64,000 nt of DNA, taken from contig JACPHC010000003.1 of the NCBI GenBank assembly GCA_016188775.1, forward strand, positions 344 through 64,343, given 5' to 3'. The notes beneath the pieces are model-generated. The model saw only the letters and a list, made by a program, of their open reading frames with translations, did no database searches and was not told where the DNA came from. Made by a program: the position numbers and the translations under genes. This stretch comes from Parcubacteria group bacterium. GTDB lineage: Bacteria; Patescibacteriota; Minisyncoccia; JACPHC01. Of the stretch, positions 45,922 through 54,195 are shown one piece after another; positions within the stretch are counted from its first letter, which is position 1; each line of letters starts with the position of its first letter.

Positions 45922-46240
45922 TGAAATTCAAATTAACAAAAATAAAAAATAAAGCAAGATTTTTTATTTTAAAAGAGTACTTTTTCACGCTATCGCTGAA
46001 ATAAGTATCGTTTGAATATTTACCAAATGTTTACCAATGGATCAATTCATTGGTAAAAAACAAATTGAATTGGCAAAACTTCATTTTATAAAATAAAATT
46101 TATTGTATAATAAGCAAAGTTTTTTATGGATACGCGGCTATATTTATTATTTGTCGGCGCGCTGGCGTCTCGGCGAACTTGAGAAAACATTGCATTAGTG
46201 TTTTGCATAAAATATATTATAATGCTATAATAATCAAAAT

Positions 46241-47014
46241 ATGAAAAATATAAAAACGTTTGTATCCTCTCTTTTTTTAACATTTATTTTTACTCATATT
46301 GCTTTTGCCGGCACTGCAACGCTTTCTTGGAACGCAAATACGGAAACTGATTTAGCGGGTTATAAAATATATTACGGGACATTGCCCAGAACCAATTCTT
46401 GTCCATTAGGCGGCTATCCAAACAATATCAACGCAGGCAATGTCACGTCTTATGTTTTTAGCAATTTAACTGACGGTCAAACATATTATTTCTCTATTAC
46501 GGCTTACGATGCTTCAAGCAATGAAAGTTGTTTTTCAAGCGAAGTCAGTAAATATATTCCAGTGCCAAATATATATATTTCAAATGTTAAATTTATTCCC
46601 GTTATTGAGAGCGCGACAAGTATTTCTGGTAAAAATTTCACAATAACAATTTTTAATGCCGGAACAACAACCCAAGTCGCTCAATTTACGACTCAACTCG
46701 ATCAATCAGGAAATTTAGTAATGCCTGCGAGCATAAATATAGAAAGCGGCGTTTACGATATCCTTACTTACTCGCCGACATATCTTAAAAAGAAAAAAAA
46801 TAATACTGTTTTGTCATCCAATTCAATCACTTCTTTGCCAACATTGCCGGCTGGCGACTTAAATAATGACAATACCATAAACTCGCTTGATTGGTCATTG
46901 ATGAGTCCTAAATGGTTTAGCCAGGACGCAATAGCGGATATTAACGGAGATAATATAATCAATGCTATTGATTATAGTTTTTTAAACAAAAATTGGTGGT
47001 TGGCGGGGGATTAA
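46241..47014 (+). CDS. Secreted protein with an FN3-like domain and C-terminal dockerin-like repeats
   Basis: Signal peptide; DLNNDNTINSLD and DINGDNIINAIDYSFL resemble dockerin Ca-binding repeats. Confidence 0.55.
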   Translation: MKNIKTFVSSLFLTFIFTHIAFAGTATLSWNANTETDLAGYKIYYGTLPRTNSCPLGGYPNNINAGNVTSYVFSNLTDGQTYYFSITAYDASSNESCFSSEVSKYIPVPNIYISNVKFIPVIESATSISGKNFTITIFNAGTTTQVAQFTTQLDQSGNLVMPASINIESGVYDILTYSPTYLKKKKNNTVLSSNSITSLPTLPAGDLNNDNTINSLDWSLMSPKWFSQDAIADINGDNIINAIDYSFLNKNWWLAGD

Positions 47015-47029
47015 AACAAAATAATTTTT

Positions 47030-47662
47030 ATGAATCAATTCATTAATATAACAAAAGGCAAAACAAGATGGTTTTTTATTGTGGTCGTATTTTTGACGGG
47101 TGTTGGTTTTACTAGTCTTATTTATATTTCTTTACTCTCGACTTCTTTATATATAGAAGGCTTAAATGAATATATTTATAAAAAACAGCCCTTAGTGGCG
47201 CTTTCGCTTATCACTCCAAAAGTTGAAAACTATAAAATTGGCGATCTTGTTGAGGTCGGCATTTTATTAGAAAATGGACAAAAAAAGACGACCGGAGTTG
47301 ATATAGTCTTAACTTATGATCCTCAAATAGTGGAACTTCAAGGCAAAAATTCGCAGATTAAACAAAACGGCAAAACGGAGCCGAAAAATTTTCTTGATGT
47401 TGAATTTTCTTCTTTTGATTTTTTCCCTTATTTTAATTTAAATACTAAAAATGGAAAAATATATTTTTCTGCTTTAGCTAGGCCTTTAAGAGAAGTAGTG
47501 GGAAAAGGAGTAATAGCCACATTAACTTTTAAGGTTATTAAAACAGGAGAAACGAGTATTAATTTAGTTTTTGAAAAGGGCCTTTCTTCGGATTCTAACG
47601 TGGCTTACGCCGGCCGAGATATTTTAAAGCAGGTGCGCAATCTTAATCTTGTTATTAAATGA
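47030..47662 (+). CDS. Membrane-anchored cohesin-like domain protein
   Basis: N-terminal TM segment and a beta-sandwich cohesin-like pattern (VEVGILLENGQKKTTGVDIVLTYDPQIVEL ... VIATLTFKVIKTGETSINL). Confidence 0.45.
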   Translation: MNQFINITKGKTRWFFIVVVFLTGVGFTSLIYISLLSTSLYIEGLNEYIYKKQPLVALSLITPKVENYKIGDLVEVGILLENGQKKTTGVDIVLTYDPQIVELQGKNSQIKQNGKTEPKNFLDVEFSSFDFFPYFNLNTKNGKIYFSALARPLREVVGKGVIATLTFKVIKTGETSINLVFEKGLSSDSNVAYAGRDILKQVRNLNLVIK

Positions 47663-49233
47663 ATTATTTGTTGGGTTTTAAAAATAAAAACCGCCTTTTT
47701 TATTGTCTTATTTTTTTATTTTTTCTACCCGGCATAACGGCAAAAGCGGCTACTTTGTCTTTATCGCCAGCTTCCAGTTCTCAGACAATTGGAGACATTT
47801 TCTCAGTCAATATTTTATTGGACACTCAAGCCGCGGGGATTGATGGCGCGGATATCCTTTATTTAAATTTTAACCCGGTTTTGCTGGAAGTTCAGGATGA
47901 TAATATTGGGGTTACCGGTGTTCAAATTGCCCCGGGCGTTTTAATGATGAATACTTTGGCGAATTCCGCGGATAATGCTACCGGCAGAATCAGTTTTTCT
48001 CAAATTCCGGATTTTGGAAACGCTTTTACCGGAAATGGCGCGTTGGCCACTGTTCGTTTTAAGGCTCTTGCCGCTGGAACTGCGACGGTAACTTTTAATT
48101 TTACCCCTGGCGCGACTAACGACACCAACGCAGCTTCCGGTGGAACTGATATTTTAACCAGCGCTACTAATGGAAATTATACTTTAATCGTTAATCCGCC
48201 ACCATCAGGAGGTGGTGGAGGTGGAGGTGGAGGTGGTGGAGGTGGGGGAGGATCGGATACTACGCCTCCTTCCGCCGTCGCTAATTTAACTGCTTCAAAT
48301 CCCACTGAAACTTCCGTAATTCTTAAATGGATTGCTCCCGGAGATGATGGGGCAAATGGAACAGCTTCAAGTTACGATATACGATATTCGTCAACTTCAA
48401 TCATTACCGATGCTAATTGGATTTCCGCTGTTCAGGCGACAGGCGAACCTATTCCTCAAACGGCCGGCGCTTCCCAATCTTATACTTTAGTCGGACTTAC
48501 GCCATCTAAAACTTATTTCGCCGCAATAAAAACGACTGATGAGCAGTCAAATACCTCCGCTCTTTCCAATATTGCGACATTTCAAACAAATAGTCCGCCT
48601 CCTCCGCCAGATGGAGGCGGCAGTGGTGAAGGTTATGTATCTCCCGCCTCTGACACTTCGCCTCCTGCAAATGTAAAAAATCTTATTTTAACCCCTGGCG
48701 TTAAACGGATTAAGCTTGCGTGGTTAAATCCCAAAAGCGATCCTGATTGGGTAAGAACGATGATTGTAAGAAAAATCGGTTCCGCTCCTATAAGCACTTT
48801 AGACGGCGTTAAAATTTATGAAGGAACAGAAGGAACATTTATTGATTTAAATTTGGAAAAGAATAAGGAATATTTTTATTCCGTTTTTACCCTTGACCTC
48901 GTGCCGAATTATTCCAAAGGAGTAATGGCAAAGGGAATTGCTTTAACTAATCCTTCTTTTTCTTTTACTAAAAACCTTCTTCGTGGTTCAGTCAGCGAAG
49001 AAGTTAAAAATCTTCAAATTCTTCTTAACAATCTTGGTTTTCAGGTAGCGCGATCAGGCAGAGGTTCTTCGGGTAATGAAGTAAACTATTTCGGCAACTT
49101 AACCAAGCAAGCTGTTATTAAATTCCAGAATCATTATCGCGCTGAAATTTTAACTCCTGCCGGATTAACCAAAGGCACGGGTTATGTTGGACCGCTAACA
49201 AGAGCTAAATTGAATATTTTAGCTGAAAAATAA
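47659..49233 (+). CDS. Cell-surface protein: signal peptide, cohesin-like domain, poly-Gly linker, FN3 domains and a C-terminal peptidoglycan-binding domain
   Basis: SVNILLDTQAAGIDGADILYLNFNPVLLEV (cohesin-like); 13 consecutive Gly; TPPSAVANLTAS (FN3 start); C-terminal LQILLNNLGF ... LTKQAVIKFQ (PG_binding_1-like). Confidence 0.6.
   Translation: MNYLLGFKNKNRLFYCLIFLFFLPGITAKAATLSLSPASSSQTIGDIFSVNILLDTQAAGIDGADILYLNFNPVLLEVQDDNIGVTGVQIAPGVLMMNTLANSADNATGRISFSQIPDFGNAFTGNGALATVRFKALAAGTATVTFNFTPGATNDTNAASGGTDILTSATNGNYTLIVNPPPSGGGGGGGGGGGGGGGSDTTPPSAVANLTASNPTETSVILKWIAPGDDGANGTASSYDIRYSSTSIITDANWISAVQATGEPIPQTAGASQSYTLVGLTPSKTYFAAIKTTDEQSNTSALSNIATFQTNSPPPPPDGGGSGEGYVSPASDTSPPANVKNLILTPGVKRIKLAWLNPKSDPDWVRTMIVRKIGSAPISTLDGVKIYEGTEGTFIDLNLEKNKEYFYSVFTLDLVPNYSKGVMAKGIALTNPSFSFTKNLLRGSVSEEVKNLQILLNNLGFQVARSGRGSSGNEVNYFGNLTKQAVIKFQNHYRAEILTPAGLTKGTGYVGPLTRAKLNILAEK
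48205..48251 (+). repeat. GGA/GGT simple sequence repeat encoding a poly-Gly linker
   Basis: GGAGGTGGTGGAGGTGGAGGTGGAGGTGGTGGAGGTGGGGGAGGA. Confidence 0.8.
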
Positions 49234-49266
49234 TCTGCAAATAATACTGCTAATTCTTATATTTTA

Positions 49267-50394
49267 CTATAAAACTACTAATCCCGTCGGCGCGGAAGGC
49301 GGCGTGGTGTCGGAAGTGGTCAAGAGATACCCATTTGCATTTACATTGCCATTCTCATCAATCACATATAAGTAAGTGCTAATAAAATCACTAAAAGAAC
49401 CCTGATTCAAAGTTATGATAATAGATGTATTTGACCAAGCAGACGGGATTTGGATTTCGCACTTATTACGAATGGTAGAAGTTGCACCAGCACAAACTTC
49501 AACTCTTGCCCAAGAGTTATCAATATATAAATCATCCCAATAAGTACTAACAGCTTGTCCCGTGGGGACATTAACTAATCCATATCCAAAATGAGGAGTT
49601 GATAAATATGTACCTGTTTGGGATATTGTAACACCAGTTTTACTTCTTCTAACGACAGTCCCATCACTATGATAAGCAACCCAATTTGCAACTCCATCTG
49701 AAGAATTTGCATCTGTTGAGTCTCGGAACTCTATTTCAAACCGTACCCACTGTGCAGGTCTTATCCAATCATCCCAAGTAGAAGGAATCCATTCTCCGCC
49801 TGTAGAGCCGGTTCTAAACTCATAATAGTTACCACTTGAGCCTATTGTGCCATCAGCTTCCCACCAAGATTGTAAAGCTAACACCGGTTCATCTGCATGT
49901 GCAGGGCCTGAACCAATATGAATTAATTTAATCTGCCAATCTACTAAACTTTGTAAACTTACCATACTCACATAAAGATACCCAGAAATGTATTTTATCC
50001 CTGTAGTCGTCCAAGCATTTAATTTGTAAAAACCATTATTACCTGGACCAAAACCAGTACCTGGATACACCATCCTATCTACTACTGACAAACTTGAACG
50101 ACTATTTCTTTGATTTTTATTTGTGAATTTTGCATCCGCCTGATCATCCCTATTAGTCCAATAACCAGTTGATTCTACATCATTACCATTTGTACCATTT
50201 TCAAAATTCTCCCATTTCAATGGCGCAGCAGTTGCCTTTGTCCCAAACCCACTCCCCGCAATTGTCACTATCCCGTTATGAACAAATGCGCCGCCTGTAT
50301 TCGTGATCTGCACCGCCGCGCTTGCAAAACCCACTCCCCCAAAAAGCCCGAGGGAAATTATGGCGAAGTAAATTAGGTTTTTTGTTTTGCGCAT
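49267..50394 (-). CDS. Secreted surface protein, paralogue 1 (conserved 5' and 3' boxes, variable core; ends ...TTPPSAPTGLVVL*)
   Basis: Signal peptide MRKTKNLIYFAIISLGLFGGVGFASA. The N-terminal ~55 aa and C-terminal ~45 aa are near-identical to 51414..52481. GC is higher than the local average. Confidence 0.6.
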   Translation of the reverse strand: MRKTKNLIYFAIISLGLFGGVGFASAAVQITNTGGAFVHNGIVTIAGSGFGTKATAAPLKWENFENGTNGNDVESTGYWTNRDDQADAKFTNKNQRNSRSSLSVVDRMVYPGTGFGPGNNGFYKLNAWTTTGIKYISGYLYVSMVSLQSLVDWQIKLIHIGSGPAHADEPVLALQSWWEADGTIGSSGNYYEFRTGSTGGEWIPSTWDDWIRPAQWVRFEIEFRDSTDANSSDGVANWVAYHSDGTVVRRSKTGVTISQTGTYLSTPHFGYGLVNVPTGQAVSTYWDDLYIDNSWARVEVCAGATSTIRNKCEIQIPSAWSNTSIIITLNQGSFSDFISTYLYVIDENGNVNANGYLLTTSDTTPPSAPTGLVVL

Positions 50395-50523
50395 GTTTTT
50401 AGTTTACCACCAATCCCGTCGGCGCCGCGGGCGGGGTGGTGTCGGGCAGTTTTTCGCGCGTTTTAATATATTATTTTGCTATTCCAAATTTTTTCGGATT
50501 TTCTAAAACACCTTTAACTCCTC

Positions 50524-50883
50524 TTAAGAAAACATCAAAATCAACCAATTTATCATTGATGATTTTATAATTCTGTAACCAGCCATCTCTTGTAGCGCGG
50601 TATCGGCAAAGTGTTTGTCAACAATGTGATATTCTCCGATTTTTCTTGCCATCTCTTTGTATTCCGAAGCCTGGGCGCCGGGAATTCTCGATAATATGTG
50701 GGCGCTGATATGGAACACTCCTTCCAATGCTCGATGGAGGTGGAATTGAGCTAATTTAAAACCAACTCCTTTTTCAAATTCTTCAAACGACAATTGCGCG
50801 AGCTTCTCAAGTTCTTTAATTTCTCCTTGAATTCCGTTTATTCTTTTTAGAATAATGTCTCTATCAAGAAAAAGTTTTGTCAT
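50524..50883 (-). CDS. hepT: HepT-like (DUF86) toxin of a HepT/MntA toxin-antitoxin pair
   Basis: Size and a C-terminal RxxxxHxY-like region (ARKIGEYHIV); 4-nt overlap with the upstream MntA gene. Confidence 0.6.
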   Translation of the reverse strand: MTKLFLDRDIILKRINGIQGEIKELEKLAQLSFEEFEKGVGFKLAQFHLHRALEGVFHISAHILSRIPGAQASEYKEMARKIGEYHIVDKHFADTALQEMAGYRIIKSSMINWLILMFS

Positions 50884-51290
50884 ATTCTTTGAAGTATGGC
50901 TTTATGGAACTCTGATCGCAATGGAGCAAAATCGGCATATTCCTCCATTGTCGTTTCCAAGAAATTTGAGATTATTTTCTGATCTCCAAGATAGAGCAAA
51001 ACGCCGTCTTGGGCGATGCGATGCTTAATTTGTAAATCAGCTTGTTCAACAAAGACAATATCAATATTGATTAGGGCGTTAATTTGTTTAGACAGTATTT
51101 CATAAAGCTTATTATAGATTTTTTTTCTTTCCGCGGCGTCTCTTATCATTTTTTTATTTTTAACCAAAACGGCAAAGTCAAAATCGCTGGTTTTATTTGC
51201 CGTTCCCTGGGCTTGTGAACCAAACAAAAAAATGCCGGCAATGCCAAGTTCTTCCATTTTTTCTTTTTGAAATTTAAATTTCATAAACAT
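50880..51290 (-). CDS. mntA: MntA-like minimal nucleotidyltransferase (antitoxin)
   Basis: GS-x9-13-DxD motif: LFGSQAQGTANKTSDFDFAV. Confidence 0.75.
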   Translation of the reverse strand: MFMKFKFQKEKMEELGIAGIFLFGSQAQGTANKTSDFDFAVLVKNKKMIRDAAERKKIYNKLYEILSKQINALINIDIVFVEQADLQIKHRIAQDGVLLYLGDQKIISNFLETTMEEYADFAPLRSEFHKAILQRI

Positions 51291-51317
51291 AATATACCAT
51301 AGTAATTATTACCAGTT

Positions 51318-51413
51318 CAACTTTAATTTACCGCCAATCCCGCCCGCCTTCATTACATTACGGCCCGCTTCGCCTAAGCTCCAGCGAGGCGAGCGAGGCC
51401 AGTCGGCCTTCAA
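51318..51413. repeat. GC-rich stacked scars of the surface-protein 3' module (near-identical to 52515-52600)
   Basis: AATCCCGCCCGCCTTCA ... TTACGGCCCGCTTCGCCTAAGCTCCAGCGAGGCGAGCGAGGCCAGTCGGCCT is shared by both loci. Confidence 0.7.
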
Positions 51414-52481
51414 TTAATTTACGGCGAGGCCCGTCGGCGCGGAAGGCGGGGCGGTGTCGGGAGTGGTCAAGAGATACCCATTTGCATTTACATTGCCATT
51501 CGCATCAAATACGTAGAGGTAGGCATTATTTTGAATTTCTAGATTTCCTTGGTTTATAGTTATTGTAATGGAGGTATCTGACCAGGCTAATGGAATCTGA
51601 ACCTCCCGAATAGTGGAGGCCGCCAAAGTTGGAGCATTCCCAATCTCAGCCCTAGCCCACGTGTTATCTATATATATGTTATCCGCATATGTAATATCAT
51701 CAGGTCTACCCGTAGCACCACCTGCCGCGGCTGCACCTACCCATCCTCCAATATGGGGTTCCTGAATTCCTGGGGCATTTGTGTCGGCAAAACGAAGCCC
51801 AGTTCCGCTTGATATAAGGACATTATCCATATATATATACGCAGAACCATTAGCTCCATATACCCCATTATTATAATCTATATCTAATATAACCTTAAAA
51901 TCGTACCATTTGTCCTTTAACGCAGAAAAATTTCCCCATGAGGTTTCGGGCGACAGATTACCTAAATATATTTTATTAAGCTCATGTCTTGCGTCTAACG
52001 CAAAATTCGGGGGCGCGCCATCCCAATTATCGCCCCACATGAATATTTTTTCGTTTCCAGTGCCTCCGCTTGTGTCAAAAGTAAAATTAGGATCCCATTT
52101 CCATTTAAAAAAGGCTATTGTATGGTTGAGCGTTTGCCCCACAGGTTTTGATGCCCATCTTGTTCCATAGTTTGCGAATGATTCAAATTGCAGGAATCTT
52201 GTTGAGACTGCGCTTATTTGGTTAGGGCCTGTTGCGTAAACATTGTTACCAATAACACTATTATAATTAGCTGCGACCGTGCCTGTTTCAGCATCATCCC
52301 ACCATAGCGGCGCAGCTATTGCCTTTGTCCCAAACCCGCTCCCCGCAATTGTCACTATCCCGTTATGAACAAATGCGCCGCCTGTATTCGTGATCTGCGC
52401 CGCCGCGCTTGCAAAACCCGCTCCCCCGAAAAGCCCGAGGGAAATTATGGCGAGACAAATTATGTTTTTTGATTTGTTCAT
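51414..52481 (-). CDS. Secreted surface protein, paralogue 2 (ends ...DTAPPSAPTGLAVN*)
   Basis: Signal peptide MNKSKNIICLAIISLGLFGGAGFASA. Termini are shared with paralogue 1; the core is divergent. Confidence 0.6.
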   Translation of the reverse strand: MNKSKNIICLAIISLGLFGGAGFASAAAQITNTGGAFVHNGIVTIAGSGFGTKAIAAPLWWDDAETGTVAANYNSVIGNNVYATGPNQISAVSTRFLQFESFANYGTRWASKPVGQTLNHTIAFFKWKWDPNFTFDTSGGTGNEKIFMWGDNWDGAPPNFALDARHELNKIYLGNLSPETSWGNFSALKDKWYDFKVILDIDYNNGVYGANGSAYIYMDNVLISSGTGLRFADTNAPGIQEPHIGGWVGAAAAGGATGRPDDITYADNIYIDNTWARAEIGNAPTLAASTIREVQIPLAWSDTSITITINQGNLEIQNNAYLYVFDANGNVNANGYLLTTPDTAPPSAPTGLAVN

Positions 52482-52514
52482 AAATTTGACCCTAAACTAA
52501 TGACCGCTTTCTAC

Positions 52515-52600
52515 TGTACCGCTAATCCCGCCCGCCTTCAATTAATTTACGGCCCGCTTCGCCTAAGCTCCAGCGAGGCGAGCGAGGCCAGTCGGCCTGC
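52515..52600. repeat. GC-rich 3' module scar (copy of 51318-51413)
   Basis: About 75 nt near-identical to the 51340-51413 copy. Confidence 0.7.
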
Positions 52601-52604
52601 AATC

Positions 52605-52907
52605 TTAATATATATATGGGTTGTATATTTCTACGTCTGATTGAAGGTTTATGATTCCCGAGACACCGAAAATTACTATCCTTGCCTCTGAAGCAGTCAC
52701 GGCCTCTCTGAAACTTCCAGGCCCATTATCATTTAAGTTTGTAACTCTAATAACTTGTCCTCCCCTGCCGCCCACGCTATTTGCTCCAAAACCTTCAGCC
52801 CCTGGAAAAGCAACTAACGCAAATGAACTTTTGGAAATTCCAAAGACGCCAAGCAGGATAATGATATTAATAATTAAAATTTTGCTTTTTAATTTCATAT
52901 TTCCCAC
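52605..52907 (-). pseudogene. N-terminal fragment (100 aa) of a pectate-lyase-like secreted protein
   Basis: Signal peptide plus AFPGAEGFGANSVGGRGGQVIRVTNLNDNGPGSFREAV (the pectate lyase N-terminal motif), then a premature stop followed by the module scar. Confidence 0.5.
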
Positions 52908-54103
52908 GCTTCAATAATATTGTGTCTGCCAACGTTTTTCATTTTAACGGATAAAGAAACAATTTTAAAATTAAAATCTTTATAATTTTCCATAAAAATT
53001 TTATAATTCTTTTCTTTAAATTGCAGCGGCTGGGCTTTAACTTCTATCGCTTCCTTTTCTTTAATAATAAAATCAATTTCATTTTTCTGGACTGTGCGCC
53101 AAAATTTTATATCATTTGAATCATATTTATCAAGAAGCTGGCGGAAAACAGCGTTTTCAAGAAGTATGCCCTTATCTTCCCTTGTGTCATAAGGAGAAAA
53201 ATTATCAACCAAAAAATTTCTTAATCCCAAGTCGTAAAAATAAACCTTGGGCATCTTGGTTAGCTCTTTTCTTACATTTTTATAAAAAGGGTTTATCAAT
53301 TTTATATGAAATGATTTTTGCATTACATATAAATAATGATCTACGGCGGTTTTTGAAACTCCCAAAGTATTAGCTAATTCCGAAGCATTAACGAGACTGC
53401 CAACCTGAACGGCAAAAATCTTGAATAATTTATAAAAAATTTCTTCTTGCCGAATATGGGCCTCAAAAATATCTTTTTTGATATACGAATAAACTATGTC
53501 TCTCAAAATATCTTGCTTTTCCGATAAAGGAGCTAAAACCACCCGCGGATAGCCGCCGTAAATAATATACTCTCTATAATATAGCTCAATTTTTTCTTTT
53601 TCAGACAATGTTAATTTTTCAAAATCTTTTTTGGATAATTCTTCTTCCTCTTTAAAGCGCAGAAATTCCCTGAAAGAAACGGTGAAAACATTGAATATCT
53701 TTTTTCTTCCGGCCAGCGAATCTTTAAATTTTTTATCCAAATAAAACGCGGATGAGCCGGAAGCAATAATTTTAATAGCGCCGGCATACTCGTCATAAAA
53801 ATATTTTAAAAAATTTGAAGGATTTTTGAGATATTGAATTTCATCAATAAAAATAAAGTTTTTCTTTTTTAAATCAACGGGGAAAATTTTAAAAAGATTT
53901 TTAGGCGATTCATTAAGCAGAATCAGATAATCAGGATCTTCTAAATTCAAAAAATAGGTTTTTTTATTCTCTTGTTCAAGAATGCTTTGAAGTTGTTTTA
54001 AAATTGTAGTTTTTCCCGCTTGTCTTGAGCCAATAAAAATAAGGATTTCCGGATCCTCAAGGTATTTTCGGGCTTTTAATGTAATATCTCTGATAATAGT
54101 CAT
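52895..54103 (-). CDS. AAA+ ATPase with C-terminal DUF4143-type domain (COG1373-like)
   Basis: Walker A GSRQAGKTT and Walker B IFIDEIQ; 402 aa. Confidence 0.7.
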   Translation of the reverse strand: MTIIRDITLKARKYLEDPEILIFIGSRQAGKTTILKQLQSILEQENKKTYFLNLEDPDYLILLNESPKNLFKIFPVDLKKKNFIFIDEIQYLKNPSNFLKYFYDEYAGAIKIIASGSSAFYLDKKFKDSLAGRKKIFNVFTVSFREFLRFKEEEELSKKDFEKLTLSEKEKIELYYREYIIYGGYPRVVLAPLSEKQDILRDIVYSYIKKDIFEAHIRQEEIFYKLFKIFAVQVGSLVNASELANTLGVSKTAVDHYLYVMQKSFHIKLINPFYKNVRKELTKMPKVYFYDLGLRNFLVDNFSPYDTREDKGILLENAVFRQLLDKYDSNDIKFWRTVQKNEIDFIIKEKEAIEVKAQPLQFKEKNYKIFMENYKDFNFKIVSLSVKMKNVGRHNIIEAWEI

Positions 54104-54144
54104 AAATACATTTTATCCGTTATTTTGTATTTGTCAAATTATTA

Positions 54145-54195
54145 TTTCTATTGTACCACTAATCCCGCCCGCCTGAGAGACCCTTTCGCCTGCAA
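54145..54195. repeat. GC-rich 3' module scar (variant copy)
   Basis: CTAATCCCGCCCGCCTGAGAGACCCTTTCGCCTGCAATTAATTTACGG. Confidence 0.6.
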
